NCBI GenBank assembly: GCA_041648975.1
Contig: JBAZNZ010000011.1
Span: forward strand, 1-62,088
Source of the DNA: Candidatus Omnitrophota bacterium
Lineage (GTDB): Bacteria; Omnitrophota; Gorgyraeia; 2-01-FULL-45-10
Length of the DNA stretch: 62,088 bases
Direction: 5' to 3'
Positions 19,823-29,929 of the stretch are shown one piece after another. The notes beneath the pieces are model-generated. The model did no database searches. It saw only the letters and a list, made by a program, of their open reading frames with translations, and was not told the DNA's origin. The stretch's first letter is position 1; each line of letters begins with the position of its first letter. Both the position numbers and the translations under genes were made by a program.

Positions 19823-22261
19823 CTATTCCCCCCTGAAGACGTTTTTTATATCCTCTGCCATATCGGAAAAACTCGGCCTTATCTTGAACATGGGCTCTTC
19901 CAGAGTGCCGACGACGTCGATATAAGTATATTTCCCTATCGCGACGGCCAGGTTCATCTTCGCGCCCGGATACATGGCCTCTTCGGCCAGTTCGGATTTG
20001 AGCGCCGCTTTTATAGACTTATCGAACCCGATCCTCCCCGCCCCGGAAAGATCGAGAAGGCCGCTCCTCAAGATGAGGTCGTTCGTGGTGAACGCTTCAT
20101 CCTCGATCCTGAAGTTGCACGACCCATCGGCGAATACGATATCGCTGAAATCGCTCGTAAATATCAGCATGCCCAGGCCCTTAAAAAGATCCAGCTGCCA
20201 CAGTTTCCCTTTTGCTATCGATATCTTGCCTGCGCCGCCGACGGCAGACGCATCCTTCAATGAGCCGTTAATACCGCAGTATATCTTGATATCGCCGGAA
20301 ACGTCTTTGTCCTTAAAACCCATATCTTTCTTGAGCAACTCAAGCCTGACTTCTTTTATGTCAAAGTTTGCCGAATAAGGAAGGTCTTTCCGGTTCCAGT
20401 CCACTTTTGCCGCGGCCCATAGGGACCCGCCGTAAAAAGAAGAGCGCAAGGCCCTTATCTGCCCCAGGCCTTTTTCCTGGAAATAATTCATCGTAGGCCT
20501 CTCGAGTTTCAGGCCGTAAAGCGACAGGTAAGCGCTCTTCACGCCGGTTTCGATCTTACATCCCTTAATATCTTTAATATCGCCGTCCGTGGAAAATTCC
20601 GCGTTGACCCTTCCTTCGGCCTTTGCCTTGTCCTGAAATTCCCGGAGGGCGGCTATCCCATTCAGGTCCTTAAGATCGATATCGAGAACGCCTTTTATCT
20701 TTGCCGGCAGAGCGCCTGGGTCTCCCGTATCCACCGAGCCTGTGACCGAAAAATAAGAGTTGAGATACTTGCCGTCGAGCTTCGAGAAGTTCAGCGTCTT
20801 GCCGGCAATGGCGAGGACGGACTCGAACGACATCTCTTTAGACGACACATCCAACTGGATCCCGGGAGACTTGAAATTGGTCAATTCGCCGGACGACTTA
20901 TAGACCTTGCCGCCGCATGTAAGATCGACCCCGGACCATTTCAGGTTGTTCGGCGTAAAATGCGCTTCCCCCTTGACGTGTTCCAGCAGCATATTCCCGC
21001 CGCCCAGTCTTATCATGGCGTCCTGCGCGCGGATATATCCGTTCAGCTTTGGCGGATGGTCGCTCCGTATCTGGATCGCGCAATCGATCTCTCCCTTGCC
21101 GGCAAGGACAACGCCCAGGTCCATGCCGAATTTCTCTTCGAGTCCCCTCTGGAACGCGCTAAGCACCGTTTCGCAACCTGCGTATATATCGAGTATCGGG
21201 TCATTATAATTTACCAGGTTTATCTTCACCTTCCACTGTATCCCGAGCGCCTCCACAAGGACATTATCGGACGACAGCCTGGAGTCATCGAACTCCACTT
21301 TCGCTTTGATCCCACTGAGCTCTCCGATCGCCTCTATGCCGGAGATGTCCATAGAGCGGATATCGGCTGTCCCGGCATACTCTGTCTGCCCGGACCTTGT
21401 ATCGTACCGGACATATGCCTTAATGAACGAATCTACGCGGGCGCTTATATTATCTTTCAGGACATTAAGCCTCTTCGTCTCGGCTTTTATCCCGGCATCT
21501 ATTATGCCGCCTGCGCTGTCGATCGAGATCTTCGCGCCGACCGTCCCTTCGGGAAAATAGAAACCCGAGGCGCCGTAATATTCCGTAAAGTCCATAAGCT
21601 GTATGTCGTCGATCACGCACTCGGCGCGTAATTCGTCTTTCGGGACCGAATATTCGCCCGACGCCTTTATCCCGGCGGGAGGATCGGTCTCGAGCGCTCC
21701 GGAAAAAGTGAAGACGACCTTGTTCCTGATAGAGAAGCGGATATCCAGATCGGCCTTTGTCAGGCGCTTCTTAAAAGGAGGTTCAAGCGTATGGTCGACA
21801 AACTCGATACTGCCGTTCTTTAATTTCAGCCTGCGTATGGCTACATTCAGGCCGCCCGGCGAGATATACTCTTTCGGGATAAGTTCCAGTATCGGAAACG
21901 AATTATCGGGCATGCGTTCTACCAGGAGCGTCGGGGATTCTATCTTCAACTCCGGTATGATGATCATCTTCTTAAGGACCGGCATCGCTAAAAGAAGACA
22001 GCTTGCCTTTTTAGCTCTAAAGACGACGGAGGAGCCGTCATACAGGACGGGACCGTCTATGACGAGGCCTGTGGCCGGATTGACACGGATCGACTGAAAG
22101 AATAGTTTCTTGCGGGTAGCTCCTTCTATCTCATTCATGAGCGCCAGCTTCATGTTCGAAGCCAGGGCCAGGGCATTCATATACGCCGACGCGGCCGATA
22201 CGATCAGTATTAACGCTGCGAGAAAGATGAATATTATTTTTTTCCGGCGTCTTCTCTGCAT
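19823..22261 (-). CDS. AsmA-family / TamB-like large envelope protein
   Basis: 812 aa with an N-terminal membrane anchor (RRRRKKIIFIFLAALILIVSAASA) followed by a long beta-rich region. The family call is from recall. Confidence 0.5.
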   Translation of the reverse strand: MQRRRRKKIIFIFLAALILIVSAASAYMNALALASNMKLALMNEIEGATRKKLFFQSIRVNPATGLVIDGPVLYDGSSVVFRAKKASCLLLAMPVLKKMIIIPELKIESPTLLVERMPDNSFPILELIPKEYISPGGLNVAIRRLKLKNGSIEFVDHTLEPPFKKRLTKADLDIRFSIRNKVVFTFSGALETDPPAGIKASGEYSVPKDELRAECVIDDIQLMDFTEYYGASGFYFPEGTVGAKISIDSAGGIIDAGIKAETKRLNVLKDNISARVDSFIKAYVRYDTRSGQTEYAGTADIRSMDISGIEAIGELSGIKAKVEFDDSRLSSDNVLVEALGIQWKVKINLVNYNDPILDIYAGCETVLSAFQRGLEEKFGMDLGVVLAGKGEIDCAIQIRSDHPPKLNGYIRAQDAMIRLGGGNMLLEHVKGEAHFTPNNLKWSGVDLTCGGKVYKSSGELTNFKSPGIQLDVSSKEMSFESVLAIAGKTLNFSKLDGKYLNSYFSVTGSVDTGDPGALPAKIKGVLDIDLKDLNGIAALREFQDKAKAEGRVNAEFSTDGDIKDIKGCKIETGVKSAYLSLYGLKLERPTMNYFQEKGLGQIRALRSSFYGGSLWAAAKVDWNRKDLPYSANFDIKEVRLELLKKDMGFKDKDVSGDIKIYCGINGSLKDASAVGGAGKISIAKGKLWQLDLFKGLGMLIFTSDFSDIVFADGSCNFRIEDEAFTTNDLILRSGLLDLSGAGRIGFDKSIKAALKSELAEEAMYPGAKMNLAVAIGKYTYIDVVGTLEEPMFKIRPSFSDMAEDIKNVFRGE

Positions 22262-22265
22262 CTGA

Positions 22266-22592
22266 TCACGCGTTTTTTTCCGCCATATCTCCGGCTATCG
22301 GGATCTTGAACTTCTCGCCCTGATATGCCTTTATCATAAGGACTATCCAGAGAACGAGCTCCGCCGTCCAGAATATCACGCTTAATACGGGGATGAACCC
22401 GATGATGACGCCGGCCAGGAACAGAGTTCCGAATACGATAATTGACTGCATCGCGTGGAACCGGACGAACTTATTCTCTTTTTCAACAAGATAAAAGATC
22501 ACTCCCGTAATAAAACCCAGCAGATAACTCAGGAGCGCCGCCATATTCGGCTCTATGCCGGTAGACGACTTACCTAAACTTTTATTCTCCAT
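22266..22592 (-). CDS. DUF4870-family membrane protein
   Basis: 108 aa and multi-TM, with the ...RFHAMQS... motif. Confidence 0.55.
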   Translation of the reverse strand: MENKSLGKSSTGIEPNMAALLSYLLGFITGVIFYLVEKENKFVRFHAMQSIIVFGTLFLAGVIIGFIPVLSVIFWTAELVLWIVLMIKAYQGEKFKIPIAGDMAEKNA

Positions 22593-23535
22593 ATAATGCC
22601 CCCTTTCCAGCCAGTTTCAATACTACTTTGTATAACCCATCCACGACCCTGGACATCCTCTGATAATCCAGCGTTCCATAAGTATCACCTTTGGTGTGCA
22701 TATATGGATTGCGGTATATGCATGTATCGGAAAACCATACCGCTTCATAGCCGAACGTCCAGAAGGCCCGGTTATCGGACGTAACCAACTCAGGAACAAG
22801 CGGCGCGGGCGCGGCCATGTATTCGACAGGCATGTCGGAGGCCTTCTTAAATTCGTCTACGACCTTGCGAAGCAGGTTAGACGACCCCGTCTCTGCGCAT
22901 ATGCCTATAAAATTACCTTTATCCGGGTAGAAGAATTTGAAGATGAGCGGATATTTTTGGGAACCGGGTTCATCGGAATAATAGCCGATCATGTCGATGC
23001 ATAAAACAGCCTCTATATCCTCATGCGTCGCTTTCGCCTCTTTGGCGTACCTGTAGCTGCCCGTATCGGGGTCATCAAACAGGATATCCACCTCTTCATT
23101 CGTAAAAGCGATGAATTTAACCGTCTTGTCCAGGTCTACATCACGCGCCCGCCTGGCCAGTTCCAGGACGGCGGCGACGCCCGAGGCATTATCGTCCGCG
23201 CCCGGGGCCTCGCAGTAAGTGTCGTAGTGGGCGCAGATTATTATTATCTTATCTTTTCTGCCTGAACCTTCTTTGACGGCGATAATATTGCGGTAAGGCT
23301 TATCCCGGAACCCCTTCTTCTGCATATGGTAAGACTGTTCTTCGGGGTCATAACCGTATTTAATGAACTCCTCTTTTATGTAGTCCGCGGCGCGCTGCAG
23401 GCTATCGTAATTGGACGTGTTCCTCTTGCCTATATCCGCCGAGAGGAACTTCACGTGTTCCCGTATCGTATCGCCGGCGTATGCGTCGGATATTATGAAG
23501 AACGCCGCCAGTGTTATCGATAGGATCCGCTTCAT
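22582..23535 (-). CDS. M28-family metallopeptidase (aminopeptidase), secreted
   Basis: Signal peptide MKRILSITLAAFFIISDAYA. Zinc-ligand blocks are CAHYDT, DDNASGVA and FTNEE. Confidence 0.8.
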   Translation of the reverse strand: MKRILSITLAAFFIISDAYAGDTIREHVKFLSADIGKRNTSNYDSLQRAADYIKEEFIKYGYDPEEQSYHMQKKGFRDKPYRNIIAVKEGSGRKDKIIIICAHYDTYCEAPGADDNASGVAAVLELARRARDVDLDKTVKFIAFTNEEVDILFDDPDTGSYRYAKEAKATHEDIEAVLCIDMIGYYSDEPGSQKYPLIFKFFYPDKGNFIGICAETGSSNLLRKVVDEFKKASDMPVEYMAAPAPLVPELVTSDNRAFWTFGYEAVWFSDTCIYRNPYMHTKGDTYGTLDYQRMSRVVDGLYKVVLKLAGKGALYGE

Positions 23536-24023
23536 TTTTTTCGCTTTTTTGAACCCGCCTTCTTCTTCGCGCCGGTATGCCGGGACTCTTCATGCCGGCT
23601 CTTACCAAAATCGCTTACACGAAGATTATCCTGATGCCTGGGCATTTCATCGCGGTGACTTTTGAACGGGCCGCCTGTCTTGCGCTTCGAAAAACATTCT
23701 TTGCAATAGACCGGACGGTCTCCGCTTGGCTTGAAAGGCACCTCGCATCCTTTGCCGCAATCGGCGCAGACCGCTTTATGAAGGGTCCTCTCCCTGAAAT
23801 TCGTATCGCGATTCGCGTCGGAGGGCCGCTGTGAATTGCCGAAATGCTGGAACGGCCTTGGAGCGTGTTCCGCGTTGAAGGGCTTCGCCGCGGGCTTGTT
23901 GATCAACGAGTCTATCTTCTTCTCCAGAAAAACCAGTTGCTGCTGTATCTTGGCCAGCATCTCTGTTATATCCGGCTTGTCCTGCGGCGGAGAATAGCTT
24001 TTGTGTTTCGATTGCTTTTTCAT
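23532..24023 (-). CDS. CxxC-x17-CxxC domain protein
   Basis: 163 aa with CADCGKGCEVPFKPSGDRPVYCKECF and basic tails. It overlaps the M28 gene by 4 bp. Confidence 0.65.
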   Translation of the reverse strand: MKKQSKHKSYSPPQDKPDITEMLAKIQQQLVFLEKKIDSLINKPAAKPFNAEHAPRPFQHFGNSQRPSDANRDTNFRERTLHKAVCADCGKGCEVPFKPSGDRPVYCKECFSKRKTGGPFKSHRDEMPRHQDNLRVSDFGKSRHEESRHTGAKKKAGSKKRKK

Positions 24024-24109
24024 CTTACTCCTTTTTCTCTATATGCCGCTTCTTCGAAAAGCGGCGGTTAGCATTGCCTGTTACGGATATAATTATCTAC
24101 CTTTCTTGC

Positions 24110-24844
24110 TCATATCTTTTCATCCTCTCCGGCGGTATCCTGCAGTTTACCGCGCACGAGGTCTCTCAAAGCCGCAAAATCGGCGATCCGGTAAGACGAC
24201 GTATCGATCGGCGGGAATATCACCAGCCTCCCCGACACTTTCGTCTTGAAGATCCAGCCGCCCTTGGGGATGGCCTCTCTTGTGCCGCCGATAAATACGG
24301 GCAACAGAGGTTTCTTTTCCCGTATGGCCAGCTTAAAAGCGCCGTTCTGGAATTCATTCATGTCGTCCGTGCCGCTGCGCGTGCCTTCCGGGAAGAAGAG
24401 CATGGATACGCCGCTCCTGAGCCGCTCGGCCGCCTGCCTGTAGACCTTTTTTATACTGCCGAATTCTCCCCTGGAAAGCATGATGTGGTCATTGACCCAG
24501 AGCAGCCCGCCGATGAAAGGCAATTTAAGAAGGCTCTTCTTGGCTACCCATTTAAAGTACATGTGCGTCTTATATATGATTATTATATCGGCAAAACTTT
24601 GATGGTTGGCGACGACCACATACGTCTTATTGTGGTCGATATTTTCCAGCCCCTCCACCTTGATCTTCCAAAAGGGGTTCATGGCTACGAGCGCGTCCGC
24701 CCACCAGAAACACTGGGCATGCACAAGCCTTTCCCTGTTGGCGACCTGAAAAGGCATCTTCTTTATGATGAGGCTGGAAAGAAAAGCGGCCGCGGTGATG
24801 ACAACGCCCGCGATCCATATAAGTATCGATATGACGATCTTCAT
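24110..24844 (-). CDS. plsC: 1-acyl-sn-glycerol-3-phosphate acyltransferase
   Basis: 244 aa with an N-terminal TM, the HX4D motif NHQSFAD and the FPEGTRS block. Confidence 0.85.
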   Translation of the reverse strand: MKIVISILIWIAGVVITAAAFLSSLIIKKMPFQVANRERLVHAQCFWWADALVAMNPFWKIKVEGLENIDHNKTYVVVANHQSFADIIIIYKTHMYFKWVAKKSLLKLPFIGGLLWVNDHIMLSRGEFGSIKKVYRQAAERLRSGVSMLFFPEGTRSGTDDMNEFQNGAFKLAIREKKPLLPVFIGGTREAIPKGGWIFKTKVSGRLVIFPPIDTSSYRIADFAALRDLVRGKLQDTAGEDEKI

Positions 24845-24846
24845 TA

Positions 24847-25029
24847 CTATCTCTTCCTGCGGACCTTATCGAATACCTCTTTATTTATAGCCTGCAGATC
24901 TACCGGCTTCCCGGCGGCCTTCAGTTTTTTGACCGTCGCGCGAACCATCAACCGCTTGATCTTCTTCTGCTCCGTTACGCTCTTTTTTCTCTTGCCGAAT
25001 CCGCACTTCTCGCTATAAAGCCCCATCAC
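24847..25029 (-). CDS. small basic hypothetical protein
   Basis: 60 aa and Lys/Arg-rich. It ends 2 nt upstream of plsC. No family was recognised. Confidence 0.35.
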   Translation of the reverse strand: MMGLYSEKCGFGKRKKSVTEQKKIKRLMVRATVKKLKAAGKPVDLQAINKEVFDKVRRKR

Positions 25030-25085
25030 TATCCTCCCGGTTTATACTGCTGTTAAAACGGCATTTCATTACGTATTATTATATT

Positions 25086-26060
25086 TTATAACCATTTTTT
25101 GCGCTTGAAGAACATAAGCATAAAAATAGTTATGACGCCCATGGTTAATATGACGCCCGGATAGCCGAAGTCGTGCTCCAGCTCAGGCATGTGTTTGAAG
25201 TTCATACCGTAGATGCTCGCTATAAGCGTAAGGGGCATCATTATGGTGGCTATAATGGTTAGGGTCTTCATTATCTCATTCAGCCGGTTCGATACGATCG
25301 AGACATAGGCCTCCATAGCGCCCGATATGACGTCGCGAGACGTCCCCACTATATCGTTGAAACGCACCATGTTGTCGTAAAGGTTCCTGAAGTACATGAT
25401 ATTCGACGGCGTTATATACTTATAAGTCCCCCTCGACAGCATTCCTATGACATCCGCCTGCGGCCCTATGGTGCGCCGCAAGTTCATAACGTCGTTCTTG
25501 AGATTGTATATCTTCTGGAGCGTCCCCTGGTCCGGTGATTTGAAAAGTTCGTCGCTCATGACGTCCACCATATCGTCGAATTCGTTGATGATGGGGAAAT
25601 AATTATCGATGCACGATTCTAGGATGGAATAAAGGAGCATATCGGCCCCGTGCATTATCATGGGAGACTGCTTCCTGACCCTGTCCTTGCAGGTCGCGAT
25701 AGAGCTGGATTGTTCGCCGTGGAATGTGATGAGGAAGTTCCTGCCCAGGCAGCAGTCGACCTCCGCCATGGCGATCTTGCCTTTCTGGCTGTTATTGCCT
25801 CCCTGTATGGAGATGATCACCATAAACAGGTAGTCGGGGAACTCTTCTATTTTGGGCCGCGTGTTGGGCATAATAAAATCTTCAACGGTGAGCGGGTGGA
25901 GGTTAAACACATTGGTAAGCACGTCTATATCGTTATCGTCTATATCGCAGACGTCGAGCCACAATACGGCTCTCTCGTCTTTTGTGGCGCTCACCATCTC
26001 TTCCGGCGTAATGCCTGTCTTAAATCCATGCTCGGGATGGTAATAATGATTTTCATACAT
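25086..26060 (-). CDS. corA: CorA-family magnesium/cobalt transporter
   Basis: 324 aa with the YGMNF signature before the last TM. Confidence 0.9.
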   Translation of the reverse strand: MYENHYYHPEHGFKTGITPEEMVSATKDERAVLWLDVCDIDDNDIDVLTNVFNLHPLTVEDFIMPNTRPKIEEFPDYLFMVIISIQGGNNSQKGKIAMAEVDCCLGRNFLITFHGEQSSSIATCKDRVRKQSPMIMHGADMLLYSILESCIDNYFPIINEFDDMVDVMSDELFKSPDQGTLQKIYNLKNDVMNLRRTIGPQADVIGMLSRGTYKYITPSNIMYFRNLYDNMVRFNDIVGTSRDVISGAMEAYVSIVSNRLNEIMKTLTIIATIMMPLTLIASIYGMNFKHMPELEHDFGYPGVILTMGVITIFMLMFFKRKKWL

Positions 26061-26065
26061 GGCGG

Positions 26066-26932
26066 TTAATCTTTCCCTTTGACTTTGAGAGGCATCGCGC
26101 CGGCCAACTCGCCGATCACATTGACGAGCTCGCTGTTAGACGGGACGACGATCTTGGCGTTGTCCTTCAACGCCGCCTCTACGGCCTCTAACTTCCGCAG
26201 GAGCTGCGCGTTCCCGATGAAATATTTATCCGCCGCTTCATTGACGAGCGCGATCGCCTCGGCCTCGCCCTGGGCCGTGAGAATCTTCGCCTGCTTTATA
26301 CCTTCGGCCTTCTTGATCTCGGCGCGCCTGGCTCCGTCGGCCACCGTCTCCGTAGCCGTGGCGAAATCGACGGCGGCGATCTTCTCGTTCTCAGCCTTGA
26401 CGACTTTATTCATCGTCTCCTGGACGTCCTTTGGCGGATCTATCTCTTTAAGCTCCGTCCTGACGATGTCGATGCCCCAGCTCGCCGTCTCTTCGCAGAG
26501 CGTCTTGTGGAGCTCGGCGTTGATCTTTCCCCGTTCGCTATTCGCGGACTTCAACGTCAATGTCCCTATGATGTTCCTGAGTGTAGTACGGGCCAGGTTC
26601 ACGATCTGATACCTGTAATTGTTTACATTATACTGGCAGTTCTTTACGTTCTCCTCGTCCGCCTTGACGCGGAAATACACCTGAGCGTCGACCCTTGCGT
26701 TCAGGTTATCGTTGGTGATTATCTCCTGCGGTTCGGCGTCGACCATCTGTTCGGTGACATTTACCTGGTACATATTATCGATGATGGGGATTATCCAGTG
26801 GAATCCCGCCCCGGCAAAGGCGTGATATTTACCGAGCCGTTCTACAAGCCCTCTGTGCGTCGGCCGCACGATCCTTATTCCCGCGAAGAATAATATAATA
26901 GCCGCCAATGATAATGTGAACATTATGATCAT
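26066..26932 (-). CDS. SPFH/band-7 (stomatin/prohibitin-like) membrane protein
   Basis: The ATG at 26932 has a strong SD (GGAGGAG). An N-terminal TM, an SPFH core and an Ala/Glu-rich coiled tail follow. The track's upstream extension was rejected. Confidence 0.8.
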   Translation of the reverse strand: MIIMFTLSLAAIILFFAGIRIVRPTHRGLVERLGKYHAFAGAGFHWIIPIIDNMYQVNVTEQMVDAEPQEIITNDNLNARVDAQVYFRVKADEENVKNCQYNVNNYRYQIVNLARTTLRNIIGTLTLKSANSERGKINAELHKTLCEETASWGIDIVRTELKEIDPPKDVQETMNKVVKAENEKIAAVDFATATETVADGARRAEIKKAEGIKQAKILTAQGEAEAIALVNEAADKYFIGNAQLLRKLEAVEAALKDNAKIVVPSNSELVNVIGELAGAMPLKVKGKD

Positions 26933-27005
26933 AACTCCTCCTCTATATTTAAATACCGAGCAAAGCGCTTGAGCCATGTTTAGTTTACTACGCTGCGGAT
27001 AATAT

Positions 27006-28055
27006 TTAAAGAGAAATAATATTTTTCCAATCTTTTTGGATATTATAGGTGGGATGCATTTTGAACTTCAATCGCGCGGATTCGATACTATCACCGACCA
27101 GGCCGGCGAGGGAATAGTCTCCGAACCCTTCCTGCCCCAGGTAATAAAGATACCCTATCTCTTCAGGCTGAAGGCCCATCAATCTGGCTCCGATGCCGTC
27201 GGCCTTCAGGGGATCCGTCGAACAGACAGCGGCATTCAGGTCCACCGGAAAACCGTCCACCGGGCCGTTCCCGTCCATACAGCGAAAGCCGTCCAGCACC
27301 ACAAGATCCGGCCATGTATGGCGCGCGAGTTCAGCCACATTGCGATGGATAACCTTTGTCGCTTTCAGGTATGTAATGGATTTCTTAAATATCAAATTTA
27401 CTAAACCGGGCGCCCTCCGCCTCATCCATGCTATGTAAGAGGTCGGTATATAGGTGAATATCGTCCTGGAGTCGGGGGCGCTTGGCGTGCGCAACCCGTG
27501 AAGGATGGACTTGTCTTCCTGCTTTATCATGCCGGCCATATTCTTGATGCCGAATGTGGCGATGGCGTAATTATGGGTCTTAGGGACGGCTATGGATATA
27601 CGATGATCGAAATCGTAAAAATGTTTTATCACCCTTATCTTCTCGCCCCCGGCGATGGATCTTACATGAAGTTCGGTAAAATCGGAAAAGTCCTCTATGC
27701 ACTCCAGCTTGACGTTCCTGTATTTTTTTATAAGCTCATAATACCCGAATTTGCGGAAGACGTCTCTTGTAGCCGTTTTCTCATAGTAAGCGCTGCCGCT
27801 GCCTTCCAGTATGGTAAACCGGCTGCCGCTTAATTCACTGAAATTATCGAGCAAAAAATCTATTACAGCCTCTACGGCCTTTACGTCGGTATTTGCAAGC
27901 TCATTTTGGGTGGCTGTCAGGTTGGGTTTAATAAGGATATTCTTTTTATTTCTTACGCCCTCAAGGTCGGGCCTTATCAGGCCAAGCGCCTTTATGATAT
28001 TATCATACCTGTTGCCGCCTTTTACCAGAGAGACCTTCTTAAGATCGCCTTCCAT
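27006..28055 (-). CDS. DUF362 domain protein
   Basis: 349 aa. The N-terminal pattern ...VSLVKGGNRYDNIIKALGLI...ILIKPNL matches DUF362 from recall. Confidence 0.6.
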   Translation of the reverse strand: MEGDLKKVSLVKGGNRYDNIIKALGLIRPDLEGVRNKKNILIKPNLTATQNELANTDVKAVEAVIDFLLDNFSELSGSRFTILEGSGSAYYEKTATRDVFRKFGYYELIKKYRNVKLECIEDFSDFTELHVRSIAGGEKIRVIKHFYDFDHRISIAVPKTHNYAIATFGIKNMAGMIKQEDKSILHGLRTPSAPDSRTIFTYIPTSYIAWMRRRAPGLVNLIFKKSITYLKATKVIHRNVAELARHTWPDLVVLDGFRCMDGNGPVDGFPVDLNAAVCSTDPLKADGIGARLMGLQPEEIGYLYYLGQEGFGDYSLAGLVGDSIESARLKFKMHPTYNIQKDWKNIISL

Positions 28056-28094
28056 TTTATTGACTTCCTATTCTGATCGATCCCGCGCTTAAAG

Positions 28095-28133
28095 TTCCAG
28101 GGGACGCGTCATCTTGTGACGCGTCCCCTGGAA
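28095..28133 (-). terminator. strong hairpin, probable operon terminator
   Basis: Perfect 17-bp stem TTCCAGGGGACGCGTCA / TGACGCGTCCCCTGGAA with a 5-nt loop, 35 nt after the stop at 28168. The trailing U-tract is weak (CUUUAA). Confidence 0.5.
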
Positions 28134-28167
28134 TCCTATTACCTATTATCGGTTTTCACGGAATATA

Positions 28168-28413
28168 TTACAGCGTAAATACGGTCTTTTCTATCTTCTG
28201 CTTGGAAAACGCCGCCTTGACCTTATCCACCGAGCCCTGCAGCGCGGTCAGGATCTTCGTGACCTCTTCGGGGGTATATTCGTAACTGGAACCGGCGAGA
28301 TTCGCTATAAGCTCGACCTTGGATATAGCGTTTACCACCCTCTTTGACGCAAGCCGTTTAAATTTGTCGCTTTTGCTTTCACCTGCCACATCTTTTTCTT
28401 CACTCTCCGACAT
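28168..28413 (-). CDS. hypothetical acidic/helical small protein
   Basis: 81 aa with a good SD (AAAGGAGGAG) upstream of the ATG. It is the last ORF before the strong hairpin. No family was recognised. Confidence 0.5.
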   Translation of the reverse strand: MSESEEKDVAGESKSDKFKRLASKRVVNAISKVELIANLAGSSYEYTPEEVTKILTALQGSVDKVKAAFSKQKIEKTVFTL

Positions 28414-28489
28414 ACTTCTCCTCCTTTCATTATTTTGTATCTAGTATACCATAAATTTAGCGTAATTACCCGTAAACATTGAGGGGCAA

Positions 28490-29929
28490 TCAGGCATTTT
28501 TTATGAATATGCGTTTCAGGGAGTTGCCGAGCCTCTTCTTTTTCATTTCTCTTGCTACTACACTTTTTATCAAACGCGGACCTACGGATAAAAACATGAT
28601 GATCTCATTAAAAGTGAAGAATCTCACTATCAGCAGTTTCCTCAATATTTTTAAGACCTGAAGCGGCGTATAGAATGAAAATTTGATCTGCCTTCCTATT
28701 TTTTTTAAAGACGCATGGCTAAAAGTATCTGAATACAATTCGCCTTTTTCGGTAACGTGATAACCCGGCGTATTTTCTGCGACCTTTCTGAGCGGAGAGA
28801 ACTTCTCTATGCGCAACTTCTGGAACGTGATAGAATCAAGGCTTATCTCCTTTGAGAACCTCGCTATATACAACATCTCTTCCTTAGTCTCCTCTATGTT
28901 GCCGTAAATAAAGTAGCCGTGATAGTATATGGGGTATTTTTTCAATACGGCAAAGCATCTTCTTATTTCGGATGAGTCAAAACCTTTATTAAGCTCAGTC
29001 AATATATGGTCGTGCGGGGATTCTATGCCTATGAACAGCATCTTGAAACCCGCCTTCACCATCTTCTCCAATAACCCGGGATGCTTGGATATTTCGATAC
29101 GGGCCTGCGCCATAAAACGTTTTTTTATCTTGCGCGCTATTATCAGGTCGCAAATATCTTCCGACCTTTTTATATCCGTAAAAAAGTTATCGTCGTTGAA
29201 CAGGATGGTGCCGGCGCGTATCTCTCCTATCTCATTCACGACGGATTCAACACTGCGCGCCGCGTAATCTCTTTTTTGGCCAAGTGGATTCAGATTGAAT
29301 GTGCAGAACTTGCAGTTAAAAGGGCAGCCTCTCGCGCTTAAGACCGAGTCGAACGTAAAACCTTCCATGCCGATCCCGTTTATTCTCATGTAATATTTAT
29401 TCCGCCGCAATCGGCGGTCCGGCGAGCCTATGATATCGACATCGGGTAACGGCCTGTTCGCGTTATGGACTATCCCCTGATTTCCCCTGTAGGAGATGCC
29501 CAAAATATCTTCACGCGGTGTACCTTTTAATATCTCTTTTATAGTCTCTTCACCCTCACCCCTGACAATTATATCTATTTTTGGACAGGCTCGAAAAAGT
29601 TCCTCGACCTCTACCGTGGCTTTATACCCTCCTACTATCAGCGGTATATTATCCGGCAGCGTATTCAACAGGCCGCAGATCTCTTCATACTGGCGATCCC
29701 AACCGACGCTGACACATACGATATCGATCTCCTTGCGTATAAAATCGATCAGATTACCGGTATCGCACAGGTCCGTTTCGTATCGCAGGTCGAGAAGAGT
29801 TATTTTATCGGCAAGGCCCTCGGCGCTGGAGGCCACATATTCAAGGCCTGTTGGCGGAAATAGCCCCATTATGCTTGTCGCCGTGTTCTCGATATATGGA
29901 TTCAGGAACAGGGCGTGTTTATATTTCAT
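28490..29929 (-). CDS. B12-binding-domain radical SAM protein (class B, DUF4070-like C-terminus)
   Basis: 479 aa with an N-terminal cobalamin-binding-like fold and the CPFNCKFC (CxxxCxxC) cluster. Its ATG lies inside the last codons of the ABC-F gene (11-bp overlap). Confidence 0.85.
   Translation of the reverse strand: MKYKHALFLNPYIENTATSIMGLFPPTGLEYVASSAEGLADKITLLDLRYETDLCDTGNLIDFIRKEIDIVCVSVGWDRQYEEICGLLNTLPDNIPLIVGGYKATVEVEELFRACPKIDIIVRGEGEETIKEILKGTPREDILGISYRGNQGIVHNANRPLPDVDIIGSPDRRLRRNKYYMRINGIGMEGFTFDSVLSARGCPFNCKFCTFNLNPLGQKRDYAARSVESVVNEIGEIRAGTILFNDDNFFTDIKRSEDICDLIIARKIKKRFMAQARIEISKHPGLLEKMVKAGFKMLFIGIESPHDHILTELNKGFDSSEIRRCFAVLKKYPIYYHGYFIYGNIEETKEEMLYIARFSKEISLDSITFQKLRIEKFSPLRKVAENTPGYHVTEKGELYSDTFSHASLKKIGRQIKFSFYTPLQVLKILRKLLIVRFFTFNEIIMFLSVGPRLIKSVVAREMKKKRLGNSLKRIFIKNA

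Noticed and set aside
28168-29929. RiPP precursor plus radical SAM maturase reading of the 81-aa ORF and the B12-rSAM gene.
   Set aside because: The small protein is acidic and helical with no Cys/Ser/Gly-rich core or leader-like motif. The rSAM lacks SPASM-type auxiliary cluster motifs and is translationally coupled to the ABC-F gene instead. This is noted as an alternative only.
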